Virus genome (UHGV): UHGV-0385297
Strand: one strand, 5' to 3'
Source: a virus
DNA length: 64,000 nucleotides
Positions 19,715 through 28,412 of the stretch are shown here, in pieces. The position numbers were made by a program, and so were the translations under genes. Below the pieces are notes generated by a model. That model was not told the DNA's origin. It did not search any database and saw only the letters and a program-made list of their open reading frames with translations. Each line of letters begins with the position of its first letter. Position 1 is the first letter of the stretch.

Positions 19715-19954
19715 AGAAATCTGGTGGCTATAATATTGCAACCTATGTTATAATATTTATGAGAGGTTCGAAATATGATGAAATATTTTTCAAAAAACAG
19801 GTCAAGAGTGGGATGAAATGGCTAGAAAATAAAAAGAAACTCTTTGTGTGCGGGGAATACTATATCTCTAGAATTAAATCAAGGATCAACCCCGCCAAAG
19901 AGTTTCTGAAAACATTATAACATAACTATCGAAAAAAGAAAAGAGGTAAAATAT

Positions 19955-20668
19955 ATGTCTTGGTATGAAGGAAAGCACTCATGCGGTCATGAGGGTGGTA
20001 TAGAGCTTGTGGGCACAAAATCCTACAAGGAATGGAGGGCAAAACAGTATTTTTCCGATTTGTGTCCAGACTGCAAGCAAAAAGAAAAGAAAGAAAGAAA
20101 TAAAGAGATTGCAGAACAGTATGATATGCCCGATCTGAGCGGAACGGAAAAACAGATCGTCTGGGCAAATACAATAAGGGCAGATTTCCTGGACTATTGT
20201 GAAAAACACGAATTGGCGGCAGAATTCTTAATCAATACAAAAACTGATGCAAAGTTCTGGATTGATAATCGGGATCATATCTGTGATAAAGAGTTTGTGC
20301 TGTGTTATGAGGATATTTTGGAAAGAAAGCTACAAGCATCAAGATTTCTGCCGGAAGATACGATCATACCCACAAGCCAGAAATATTATGATACAGTAGA
20401 GATTACAGAGTATGTAGATTTAGGTGGTGTTGATCGATATATAAAGCTTTGCTACATGAAAAATAGCGATTTCATAAGCCTTGTTAAAAGTAGAGGATAT
20501 GAATGGAATCAGTACGTAGGAGGATGGTGTAAATCATTGCCAAAAATTGTAAAACATGATTTTGAAAATGAAGCGATTGAAATAGGCAAAATATTGTTAG
20601 ATAATAGGTTTTCTGTTTGCGTTCATGATGAGAATATAAAAGCAAAATTAGAATTGATTAGAGAATAA
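19955..20668 (+). CDS. hypothetical protein with N-terminal Zn-ribbon-like motif
   Basis: 237 aa; CGHEGG...CPDCKQK. Confidence 0.5.
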   Translation: MSWYEGKHSCGHEGGIELVGTKSYKEWRAKQYFSDLCPDCKQKEKKERNKEIAEQYDMPDLSGTEKQIVWANTIRADFLDYCEKHELAAEFLINTKTDAKFWIDNRDHICDKEFVLCYEDILERKLQASRFLPEDTIIPTSQKYYDTVEITEYVDLGGVDRYIKLCYMKNSDFISLVKSRGYEWNQYVGGWCKSLPKIVKHDFENEAIEIGKILLDNRFSVCVHDENIKAKLELIRE

Positions 20669-20763
20669 TATAATTAGGAAATAATAGATTCATTTGGAGT
20701 GGAATTGTCGTAAGGCAGTTCTGTTTCTGATATAATGGAGAATATAATATTGAGGTGATTTGT

Positions 20764-20988
20764 ATGGAATATCCAAAAGAAATTTACTTGGATGGTTATA
20801 CATATACGCAAATGTATGAACATGAAAAAGGTGGAATGTATTATCATTCAGAAGAATGCAGCGATGTTATTACAGGTTCATTTATTAGTTTATATCCAGA
20901 TGGAAGATTAACATATTTATGGGATGGATATGAACATGAATATGGAAAATATGATTTTGAAAATAATAAAAAGATTGGAGGATTATAA
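20764..20988 (+). CDS. hypothetical protein
   Basis: MEYPKEIY... ORF. Confidence 0.45.
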   Translation: MEYPKEIYLDGYTYTQMYEHEKGGMYYHSEECSDVITGSFISLYPDGRLTYLWDGYEHEYGKYDFENNKKIGGL

Positions 20989-20990
20989 AT

Positions 20991-21251
20991 ATGTTATATA
21001 CAATAGTACATACAGTAATTAATAATAAAGGAGAACACCCAGAAGCAAACGCAAGGGTGCTTGGGATATATTCAAATGAAAATGTTGCTATTAATGAAGC
21101 GGAAAAATGGATTAAGAATACAAAGACTTCTGACATAAATGTAAAGAGAATAACAGACACAGAATGGTATTTTTGGTATGAAGAGAATGGAAATAGCTAT
21201 GGCGGTTATGTAGATGTATATGGAAAAAGATTAGACGAGCCAATTGAATAA
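20991..21251 (+). CDS. hypothetical protein
   Basis: 86-aa ORF coupled to upstream gene. Confidence 0.45.
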   Translation: MLYTIVHTVINNKGEHPEANARVLGIYSNENVAINEAEKWIKNTKTSDINVKRITDTEWYFWYEENGNSYGGYVDVYGKRLDEPIE

Positions 21252-21517
21252 ACCAATGAAACCAAGTTTTCTTTGGGAGGTATGAATATGATTACATTTA
21301 AGTGCTTATATAAATTAACAAAAGAAGAAGTTCAGGGAATTGTATTTGATATTAAAAATGGTAAATCTTATACTGTTTCAGGCTGGGAGGATTATTATGC
21401 TACAGATGCAGATATTATTGAGTATTATAATTCCCTTTAATAAAAATTACACATCTTGAATAATGTAACTTGGGATTATGTAAAATCACATAAAATCTAA
21501 GTTTCAGGAGGTTATGA

Positions 21518-21709
21518 ATGCAAAATAAAAAATATAAGTACAAAGTGAGTAATATAGCGGATGATGAGACAAGCGGATATATAGAGTTGACACCAGACGA
21601 AGCAAGGATTGTGCAATATGCAACAAATGAAGAAAATTGGAATATTATAAAACAAGGAGAATATAGTGGTGGATTTGAAATTGACGTAAATAATCCAATT
21701 GAAATTTAA
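21518..21709 (+). CDS. hypothetical protein
   Basis: 63-aa ORF after AGGAGG RBS. Confidence 0.45.
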   Translation: MQNKKYKYKVSNIADDETSGYIELTPDEARIVQYATNEENWNIIKQGEYSGGFEIDVNNPIEI

Positions 21710-21737
21710 CTTTCTTTTGATGATTGGAGGTAAAAAA

Positions 21738-22079
21738 ATGGAAAATAAAAATTTAAACTGTTATGGATATTTATTAAATTGTCCAGAAGAAATGCTCGTA
21801 GATATCAATGAAACAATGAAAGATAAACAAACAACTATAAATTGGAACAATTTTAAGGTTGGTGATGCTTTTTATGCAGAAAATACTTACAGATGTGTAA
21901 TGGTAGATCACGTCATGAAAAGAATCGTATTTACAACAGAAGAATATAAAAATGAGTTTGAATTAAGATATAATAACAATAAATATAAAAAGCCAGATAT
22001 GAGAGAAAAGATAAAAGAATATATTGGTGAGCCTGATACAGAAATTGATAGGCTTGAGGGGTTTATTAAAAAATACTGA
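21738..22079 (+). CDS. hypothetical protein
   Basis: MENKNLNCYGY... after GGAGGTAAAAAA. Confidence 0.45.
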   Translation: MENKNLNCYGYLLNCPEEMLVDINETMKDKQTTINWNNFKVGDAFYAENTYRCVMVDHVMKRIVFTTEEYKNEFELRYNNNKYKKPDMREKIKEYIGEPDTEIDRLEGFIKKY

Positions 22080-22367
22080 TAGTCCATATGATTTACAGAT
22101 TAAAGGTAGGCTGAATGCAATAATCGAAGTGAAAAATGATTTACTTGGTAGATTAGAAGAGGCGATATAGGTGGCAAGAATAATAGATAAGCCAAATAAA
22201 ATAAAAGTGAAACTCATTGTAGAAGTAGAAGCAGAATTCTATGATGATGAGTCATCAGAAGAAACATTAAGATATTGTGTTGAACAAGACTTGGAAGATG
22301 CAGGATTCAATGTTATTGATGTTTCAGTCATGAAATGACGATTTTAAGTGAAAATGGAGATGGTTAA

Positions 22368-22601
22368 ATGGATTTAGATAATATAACCGATATTGAAATT
22401 TTGAAAAGTGCATTAAAAAAGTACATGGTTCAAATGAAAAAAGATGCACATTCAAATGATGGCACGGATTATCTTTTTAAAGAAGGGCTTTGGTATTATG
22501 TTACTCAAGATGGAACAGGTGTGACAATTTATTCAGATAATATGGAACACGATTGTATTTTTGATTATGATACCGCAAAGAGATATTTAAATGTAGGATA
22601 A
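22368..22601 (+). CDS. hypothetical protein
   Basis: 77-aa ORF. Confidence 0.45.
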   Translation: MDLDNITDIEILKSALKKYMVQMKKDAHSNDGTDYLFKEGLWYYVTQDGTGVTIYSDNMEHDCIFDYDTAKRYLNVG

Positions 22602-22660
22602 AAAATTAAATAAAGGTTGGTTTCATTGATGGCTTTGTGTATTGAGTGTGTATAAAAACG

Positions 22661-22688
22661 TTGACATTACGCAATAAGTGTGTATAAT
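22661..22688 (+). promoter_or_regulatory. sigma-A-type promoter upstream of hicAB
   Basis: TTGACA, 16-nt spacer, TGTATAAT (extended -10), 25 nt before the hicA ATG. Confidence 0.6.
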
Positions 22689-22713
22689 ATATGTATAAGG
22701 AGGCAGACACCCC

Positions 22714-22887
22714 ATGAAAAGAACGGAATTAGTCAGTAGACTAGAAAAAGGTGGTTTTGTCTTTGAGAGACACGGTGGCAGTCATGACATATATGTTCGG
22801 GGAAACGTTAAAGAAACAATTCCGAGACATAAAGAAATTGATGAGCGTTTGGCAAAGGCAATACTAAAGAGAAATGGACTTTTATAG
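22714..22887 (+). CDS. hicA: HicA-family mRNA interferase toxin
   Basis: 57 aa MKRTELVSRLEKGGFVFERHGGSHDIYVRGNVKETIPRHKEID; GSHxxY core; below the ORF-track cutoff; AAGGAGG RBS. Confidence 0.8.
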   Translation: MKRTELVSRLEKGGFVFERHGGSHDIYVRGNVKETIPRHKEIDERLAKAILKRNGLL

Positions 22888-22946
22888 TCCATTATTTCTT
22901 TAGTATTATATGAATATCAATAATTAGAGAATGGAGGTTTAAAAAG

Positions 22947-23366
22947 ATGAAAAATGTATATCCTGTATTCTTTACAAAAACAAATGAAGATATATTAGTT
23001 GAAGTTCCAGATTTTGGAATTTTAACAGAAGGTAAGGATATGAATGATGCCATGAATATGGCACGAGACGCAATTGAATTAAAATGTGTATCAATGGAAG
23101 ATGATAAAGAAGAAATTCCAACACCATCTGAACTTAAAGAATTAAATCCGGCAAATGGAACCTTTGCAGACGATGGAGAAACCGTGGTCTCATTTGTAGA
23201 TATTGATTCTACATTATATAGAAAGAAAATTGATACAAAAACTGTAAGAAGAAATGTTGCCTTACCAAGCTGGTTAAATTATGCTGCGGATCAAGCAGGA
23301 ATTAACGTGTCACGGATTTTACAGGAAGCACTTATGAGAACATTAAAAGTGGAGAATAGGATGTAG
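22947..23366 (+). CDS. hicB: HicB-family antitoxin
   Basis: 139 aa; N-terminal YPVFFTK..ILVEVPDFGILTEGKDMNDAMNMARDAIEL matches the HicB fold pattern; C-terminal RHH-like region; immediately downstream of hicA. Confidence 0.75.
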   Translation: MKNVYPVFFTKTNEDILVEVPDFGILTEGKDMNDAMNMARDAIELKCVSMEDDKEEIPTPSELKELNPANGTFADDGETVVSFVDIDSTLYRKKIDTKTVRRNVALPSWLNYAADQAGINVSRILQEALMRTLKVENRM

Positions 23367-23370
23367 CTTA

Positions 23371-23523
23371 ATGGAAAATTATATGAATCCGCCTGTTGAT
23401 TACCAGTGGACTGATCGGGATATTATAAACGAATATCAACGCTGTCAAGATAAGAAACAAGTGGCAAAGATATATCTGATCAGTGTAAAGGAAGTGACGG
23501 AAATCCTAAAACGGAATAAGTAA
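23371..23523 (+). CDS. small putative DNA-binding protein (Xis-like candidate)
   Basis: 50-aa ORF ending ...QVAKIYLISVKEVTEILKRNK; upstream of int; followed by a strong terminator. Confidence 0.35.
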   Translation: MENYMNPPVDYQWTDRDIINEYQRCQDKKQVAKIYLISVKEVTEILKRNK

Positions 23524-23537
23524 ATATGGTTTTATGT

Positions 23538-23569
23538 AGAAGTAGAGAAAATCTACTTCTATTTTTTTT
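23538..23569 (+). terminator. rho-independent terminator
   Basis: 8-bp perfect stem AGAAGTAG/CTACTTCT, loop AGAAAAT, then T8. Confidence 0.75.
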
Positions 23570-23630
23570 ATGCAAAATCGGAATGGATATGGAGAATACA
23601 TAGATAGGAAACTATCGGAGGTAAATAGAA

Positions 23631-24182
23631 ATGCAATACATAATAACTAATGGTGAGAAATATTTAAAACAGAATCCTCAAGCTGGATATTTGGTTGTGG
23701 ATAATTTTAGTGATGCATCGATATGGCAAGTAAAAGAAAAGGCAAACAATGTAATAAAAACCTGTCCATTATGTAGGACTTATGATATGGAAACCATTGA
23801 ACTTACAACAAATGATATTGAAGATACTCCTATCAACTATGATTTAGAAGAAAAGATAGGAGAAATTGAACGGTTTACGGAACAACTTCAAAGCCGAAGA
23901 ATTATACTTCTAAAGTTGATACAGAGAGAAGATTTAAAAATTGTAGACATAGAACATGTTGCTGAGTTTAAAAATTTAGGAGCTGCGGCTGGCTATAAGA
24001 TTTACAAATTACTACATGACTGCAAATGCAGAAGAAGGGATTATAAAAATGAGCTGAGGCAGATAGATGGTATTCTTGGTAAAACATTAAATGCAAAAGG
24101 AATTATATGTATGAAAAAAGCAATAAAAAGTGTACAGGAACAGAAATATGAGCCTCGGATTTTAAAAGAATTATTTCAGTAA
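23631..24182 (+). CDS. hypothetical protein
   Basis: 183-aa ORF directly upstream of the integrase. Confidence 0.5.
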   Translation: MQYIITNGEKYLKQNPQAGYLVVDNFSDASIWQVKEKANNVIKTCPLCRTYDMETIELTTNDIEDTPINYDLEEKIGEIERFTEQLQSRRIILLKLIQREDLKIVDIEHVAEFKNLGAAAGYKIYKLLHDCKCRRRDYKNELRQIDGILGKTLNAKGIICMKKAIKSVQEQKYEPRILKELFQ

Positions 24183-24188
24183 AGGAGA

Positions 24189-25196
24189 ATGATTATGGAA
24201 GAGAAAAGTAGATATGCAACAAAGAAAAAAGGTAAAACAGAAGTTCAGCCATTATGGAATATGGAAGATATTAAAGCGGTTATAGAATGGTTTGAGAAAA
24301 AAGAAGATTGGGATGGATATTTTATCACCATGTTAGAGCTTCTTCTTGGTAGACGTATTGGTGATACTATCTCTATGAAGTGGTCTGATCTGTATTATGA
24401 AAACGGAAAGAGAAAAGAAGCAATTAACACTATTGTAGAGCAGAAGACAGGTAAAGTCACTGAACTGCCAGTAAGTCATATGACATATGAAGCAATGGAT
24501 ATTTATTTGGACCATACCGGCATTAATCCAATGCAGCATTATGATGAGTTTATTTTTAAATATGAAGCGAAAACTGCATGGGTTCAGCGTTATGATAATC
24601 CTGTGTATGATAATACAGACATAGAAGAATGGTGCAGATTCTTAGGAAAGGATTTTACGGAAGATCGTAAACAGAAAATTTTAAAGGATTTTGAAAAGCA
24701 AAAGGAGTATAAAACATTAGGTGGTTATTTGTATTATGAAGTAGAATGGAATGACATTGTAAAGTGGCAGTCTGATGATTATAGGAAGAAACTAAAACAG
24801 GCTGCGAAAGCTATTGGTATCACAACTCCAGTCAGTACGCATAGCCTTCGGAAGTCGCTAGGATACTGGGTGTATAAAATGCATATGTTCGATCCTAACT
24901 GTTTGCTGACATTACAGAAGCTCTTTAATCATGCAGATCTTCAGACAACTATAATTTATATTGGTTTAGTGGAGGAACAGAAGAGAAGATATTTGGAAGA
25001 TCATGGAGAGTTCATTAAGAACGTCCTGGCTGGCAAGGGAGATGAAATCATCAAAAACATGCCGGTCATTTCATTAAAATCAAACGACTTTGGAAATGTA
25101 ATTATGAATGTTATCAAGGGAATGCAGGAAGGCAAAGAAGCAGTTGAGGTTTACCAGATTGCTATTAACATGGCAAATGAGAAGCGAATTGCGTAA
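24189..25196 (+). CDS. int: tyrosine recombinase / phage integrase
   Basis: C-terminal catalytic signature HSLRKSLGYWVY...LFNHADLQTTIIYIG (H-x-x-R ... Y nucleophile); 335 aa. Confidence 0.8.
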   Translation: MIMEEKSRYATKKKGKTEVQPLWNMEDIKAVIEWFEKKEDWDGYFITMLELLLGRRIGDTISMKWSDLYYENGKRKEAINTIVEQKTGKVTELPVSHMTYEAMDIYLDHTGINPMQHYDEFIFKYEAKTAWVQRYDNPVYDNTDIEEWCRFLGKDFTEDRKQKILKDFEKQKEYKTLGGYLYYEVEWNDIVKWQSDDYRKKLKQAAKAIGITTPVSTHSLRKSLGYWVYKMHMFDPNCLLTLQKLFNHADLQTTIIYIGLVEEQKRRYLEDHGEFIKNVLAGKGDEIIKNMPVISLKSNDFGNVIMNVIKGMQEGKEAVEVYQIAINMANEKRIA

Positions 25197-25209
25197 AAGG
25201 AAAGCGGTG

Positions 25210-25695
25210 CTATTTTTTAGCATCGCTTAATTCCTTAATCTGTTCTATTAGCTTATCATATTTATCAGCTGATATAACAACATGTCGGCGCATAAAAGAG
25301 TGTACTATTTGGTTTGCAACGTCTTGAGCTATCTGCGCCATTTTTTCTTCATCTTTTGTATCGACATTTACTTTTATAGGAGTGCTTGGATCATTCGGAT
25401 TATTTAAACTAACAGTAAATGTTGATTCTTGAGATTTTTCTTTTGGATGGTCGATGTCAAAAACAATGTCAGGTGAATCGCACCATTTTGTTATATCATC
25501 ATTAATAAGAATATCATTTGGCGTACAGTGAAAAGTATTACATAAAGAAGTAAGGACATCGAAATTTATTCGTGTCGTTTCACTAGAGTATAATTGTTTT
25601 GCAGGATTATAATTTACACCTATTGCCTTAGCAAATTTGTTGATATTACCGTCAAACATGACATCTACATATTTTTTTATATTAAGTCTATACAT
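25210..25695 (-). CDS. XRE-family helix-turn-helix repressor (CI-like)
   Basis: the only convincing minus-strand gene; N-terminal HTH INKFAKAIGVNYNPAKQLYSSETTRINFDVLTSLCNTFHCTPNDIL; divergent from a consensus promoter and operator repeats. Confidence 0.75.
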   Translation of the reverse strand: MYRLNIKKYVDVMFDGNINKFAKAIGVNYNPAKQLYSSETTRINFDVLTSLCNTFHCTPNDILINDDITKWCDSPDIVFDIDHPKEKSQESTFTVSLNNPNDPSTPIKVNVDTKDEEKMAQIAQDVANQIVHSFMRRHVVISADKYDKLIEQIKELSDAKK

Positions 25696-25721
25696 GCATA
25701 ACCTCTATATAAAAGAGAAAA

Positions 25722-25815
25722 TTAACGTCTACAATAACAGTATACAATAAAAAAGTGAAAAAGTAAATTAATGTCTACAATAACACTTGACATTAATTGT
25801 AGAGTGTAATATACT
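25722..25815 (+). promoter_or_regulatory. divergent promoter and operator region
   Basis: two 18-bp direct repeats TTAAYGTCTACAATAACA (25722-25739, 25768-25785); inverted half-site ATTGTAGAG inside the spacer of a near-consensus promoter TTGACA (25787-92), 17 nt, TATACT (25810-15). Confidence 0.6.
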
Positions 25816-25861
25816 AAAATTGTTCAAAGAAATGAATACTAAAGGAAAGGAGGATGCAGAA

Positions 25862-26221
25862 GTGGAAGGCGGTTATAAGAAGTTTGATGTAGTATTAGTA
25901 GATTTTGGTGAAGAAATATTAGCTGGCGAACAAGGTGGCATTAGACCGGCAGTGATTGTACAGAATAATATAGGAAATAGGTATAGTGTTTCTACGGTTG
26001 TGATGCCGTTTACGTCACAACCCAAAAGTTTAAAGCAGTCTACGCATTCTCTTTTTCCTGCGAATGAAAAATATGGTTTAACAAAAGACTCCTATCTTTT
26101 AGGAGAATGTATTAGACAGGCTTCTGAACGCAGAATTATAAAAAAAATGGGAACCATTTCTGACAATGCTGGTAGAGAAGAAGTAAAAAGAGTTTACTTC
26201 TCAAATTGGGGAAATGACTAG
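25862..26221 (+). CDS. mazF: MazF/EndoA (PemK-family) endoribonuclease toxin homolog
   Basis: GGYKKFDVVLVDFGEE..GEQGGIRPAVIVQNNIGNRYSVSTVVMPFTSQ matches Bacillus EndoA [40 protein letters not shown]; GTG 25862 after AGGAGG; the listed TTG start at 25787 is the -35 box; ATG 25832 is an alternative start. Confidence 0.8.
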   Translation: MEGGYKKFDVVLVDFGEEILAGEQGGIRPAVIVQNNIGNRYSVSTVVMPFTSQPKSLKQSTHSLFPANEKYGLTKDSYLLGECIRQASERRIIKKMGTISDNAGREEVKRVYFSNWGND

Positions 26222-26230
26222 GAGGATATT

Positions 26231-26509
26231 ATGGAGTATATATTAATGACAGTAGAAGAGGCAAAGAAGATGGCAAAAAAAGATGCTGTTGTTCTTGTAG
26301 CGGTAAATGATTTAGAAAATCCCAAGGATATAAGTGAATTTTCAAAGAAGAGATTTTTTGAATGTGAGAAAATGATTAAGGAAGCAGAAACCATCGCATC
26401 GGTCTGTGATGATTTTATTAGGCAGCTTAGATGTTATACGGAAAGACAAGATGCATTTCCTGATCTAAGACTAAAAGGGAAGGAGAGTGTGATCCTTTTG
26501 CGGGAATAA
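26231..26509 (+). CDS. hypothetical protein downstream of mazF (possible cognate partner)
   Basis: 92-aa ORF 9 nt after mazF stop, GGAGG RBS; no antitoxin-family motif recognised. Confidence 0.45.
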   Translation: MEYILMTVEEAKKMAKKDAVVLVAVNDLENPKDISEFSKKRFFECEKMIKEAETIASVCDDFIRQLRCYTERQDAFPDLRLKGKESVILLRE

Positions 26510-26870
26510 AATAATACCGAACAAATGTTCGATAAAGTAGTTGACAGAACAAATGTTCGGCTATATAATAGCAAATGTAAAGAGATTCCAGAAATGGAAA
26601 CGGAAAATAAAAAAGACTACCATCTGATAATGTGGTTGCCGCCACAAAACAGATATACGGTAGTCTTAATACATAAGCACCCATCAAGATACTATGCAAT
26701 ACATATTATACTTTGTTTCATTTCATAAATCAAGTTAATCAAAGCAAGTATCTGCTGAAATTTTCCAATCTTTATTTTTACAACAAGAGAATATAAGCAT
26801 AGGGCTGTAGTCAAGCGGTTAATGCAATAAATTATTGCATTTATTTTTAATACAAAAAAATATATAAGGA

Positions 26871-27638
26871 GTGATTTTTATTAGTTCAAGAGCGTTAGTT
26901 GATAACTATTCAAAAGAAGAATTAGAAAAAATTGTTACTAATTCATTTTCTATGGCAGAAGTTATTGAAAAATTGGGATATAAAACAAGAAATGGAAGTA
27001 ATTTTAAAACAATTTTGAAACGAATTAAAGAATACAATATTAATTGTGATCATTTTAGAGTTCCTGAAAGAGTTGTAAGAACTTTTGAAAATACATTTTG
27101 TAAAGATAGTACCGCAAGTCAAAATACATTAAGAAGTGCTTTTATAAAAATAAGTGATAATACTTTTTGTAAAATATGTGGACAATCAAATATATGGAAT
27201 GACAAAGAACTTACAATGATTTTGGATCATATCGATGGGAATAATCATAATAATGTGATTAATAATTTAAGATGGATATGTCCCAATTGTAATAGTCAGT
27301 TACCGACCTTTGCTGGTAGAAATTTAAAAGAGAGAAAATCTCAAATTGATGGAAAAATAAAATATGTTCCAATGATAAAAAGAAAAAAGAACATGAAAAT
27401 ATGTCCTATTTGTAATATAAACGAAATTTCTATGAATAGTAAAATGTGTCTTGAATGTTATAACAAAGACAGAAGGAAAAACATTCCTCCAAAAGAAGAA
27501 TTAGAAAAATTAATATACATAAAATCTTTTGTAGAAATTGGCAAGAAATATAATGTTACAGATAATGCGGTAAGAAAATGGTGCAAATCTTATGGATTGC
27601 CGTTCAGATATGGTGAATTACATAAATATGGAGCCTAA
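26871..27638 (+). CDS. HNH endonuclease with Zn-ribbons and duplicated HTH-like segments
   Basis: HNH core ILDHIDGNNHNNVINNLRWICPNCNSQ; CxxC pairs; N-terminal SKEELEKIVTNSFSMAEVIEKLGYKTRNG resembles C-terminal PKEELEKLIYIKSFVEIGKKYNVTDNAV; start codon uncertain (GTG/ATT). Confidence 0.65.
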   Translation: MIFISSRALVDNYSKEELEKIVTNSFSMAEVIEKLGYKTRNGSNFKTILKRIKEYNINCDHFRVPERVVRTFENTFCKDSTASQNTLRSAFIKISDNTFCKICGQSNIWNDKELTMILDHIDGNNHNNVINNLRWICPNCNSQLPTFAGRNLKERKSQIDGKIKYVPMIKRKKNMKICPICNINEISMNSKMCLECYNKDRRKNIPPKEELEKLIYIKSFVEIGKKYNVTDNAVRKWCKSYGLPFRYGELHKYGA

Positions 27639-27686
27639 TTACATTACAAATCACACAATCGGTGGTCAATAAAAGACTGCCGGTAT

Positions 27687-27760
27687 GGATCGTTAGCTCA
27701 GTTGGTTAGAGCAATCGGCTCATAACCGATCGGTCACAGGTTCAAGTCCTGTACGATCCA
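27687..27760 (+). tRNA. tRNA-Met (anticodon CAT; elongator type or Ile-lysidine)
   Basis: manual cloverleaf: acceptor GGATCGT/ACGATCC, D-arm GCTC-AGTTGGTTA-GAGC, anticodon stem ATCGG/CCGAT loop CTCATAA, T-arm ACAGG-TTCAAGT-CCTGT; no encoded CCA. Confidence 0.8.
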
Positions 27761-27786
27761 TTGACGAAAAAGGAGGGAAAAGGAAA

Positions 27787-28401
27787 ATGGACTATGTAAT
27801 CAGAAATAATAGGGGAGTTTATATCAAAATCGATTCAGGTGGTAGACCTGTCTCATGCAATTTCAAAGATAGAACACTGATGGATCGCAACAAAGCAAGA
27901 AATGTTTTAAATTCGCTTCCAAAACATATGAAGAAAATGAAATTCTTCATGGAAGCCATTCCTGAAATCCCTCCGAGAGTAATTGAGACGCCACAGACGT
28001 ATAAACCATCTGAGAATATTACTCGTTGGGTGGAACAATTTGGAACCTGCGGAGATATTTTCAACTCGGCTGTAAAACGAAGCAATGAGCTGATCGGTAT
28101 TCTGTATGATCTTGATAAGGGATTGCTCAATATCCTTCATTCAATCGAGATTGAGAAGCCGAAAGATTTATATACAGGCTGGCAGCTCTATAAGGCTATC
28201 CGTGAAAACCGTACTCAGCGTAGAGAAACAAAAGATGAAATCCAGATTATCCAGAATGTTCTGACGAATATCAATCCAGAATGTGTTCAACGTGAACGGA
28301 TTCAAAAAGCCGTGGATGGACTTTTCCATAGAAAATATACATATCGAATCATCGAAGGAAACGAAGATGATGAGAGTGAAACAGAAATACATAACAATTA
28401 G
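27787..28401 (+). CDS. hypothetical protein
   Basis: 204-aa ORF after AAGGAGGGAAAAGG RBS. Confidence 0.55.
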   Translation: MDYVIRNNRGVYIKIDSGGRPVSCNFKDRTLMDRNKARNVLNSLPKHMKKMKFFMEAIPEIPPRVIETPQTYKPSENITRWVEQFGTCGDIFNSAVKRSNELIGILYDLDKGLLNILHSIEIEKPKDLYTGWQLYKAIRENRTQRRETKDEIQIIQNVLTNINPECVQRERIQKAVDGLFHRKYTYRIIEGNEDDESETEIHNN

Positions 28402-28412
28402 GTAGGTTCAAT

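Noticed and set aside
25787-25861. N-terminal extension of the MazF-like ORF using the TTG at 25787 as listed in the ORF track
   Set aside because: The TTG is the -35 hexamer (TTGACA) of a consensus promoter whose -10 (TATACT) lies inside this extension. The conserved MazF domain begins right after a GTG (25862) preceded by AGGAGG with 8-nt spacing.
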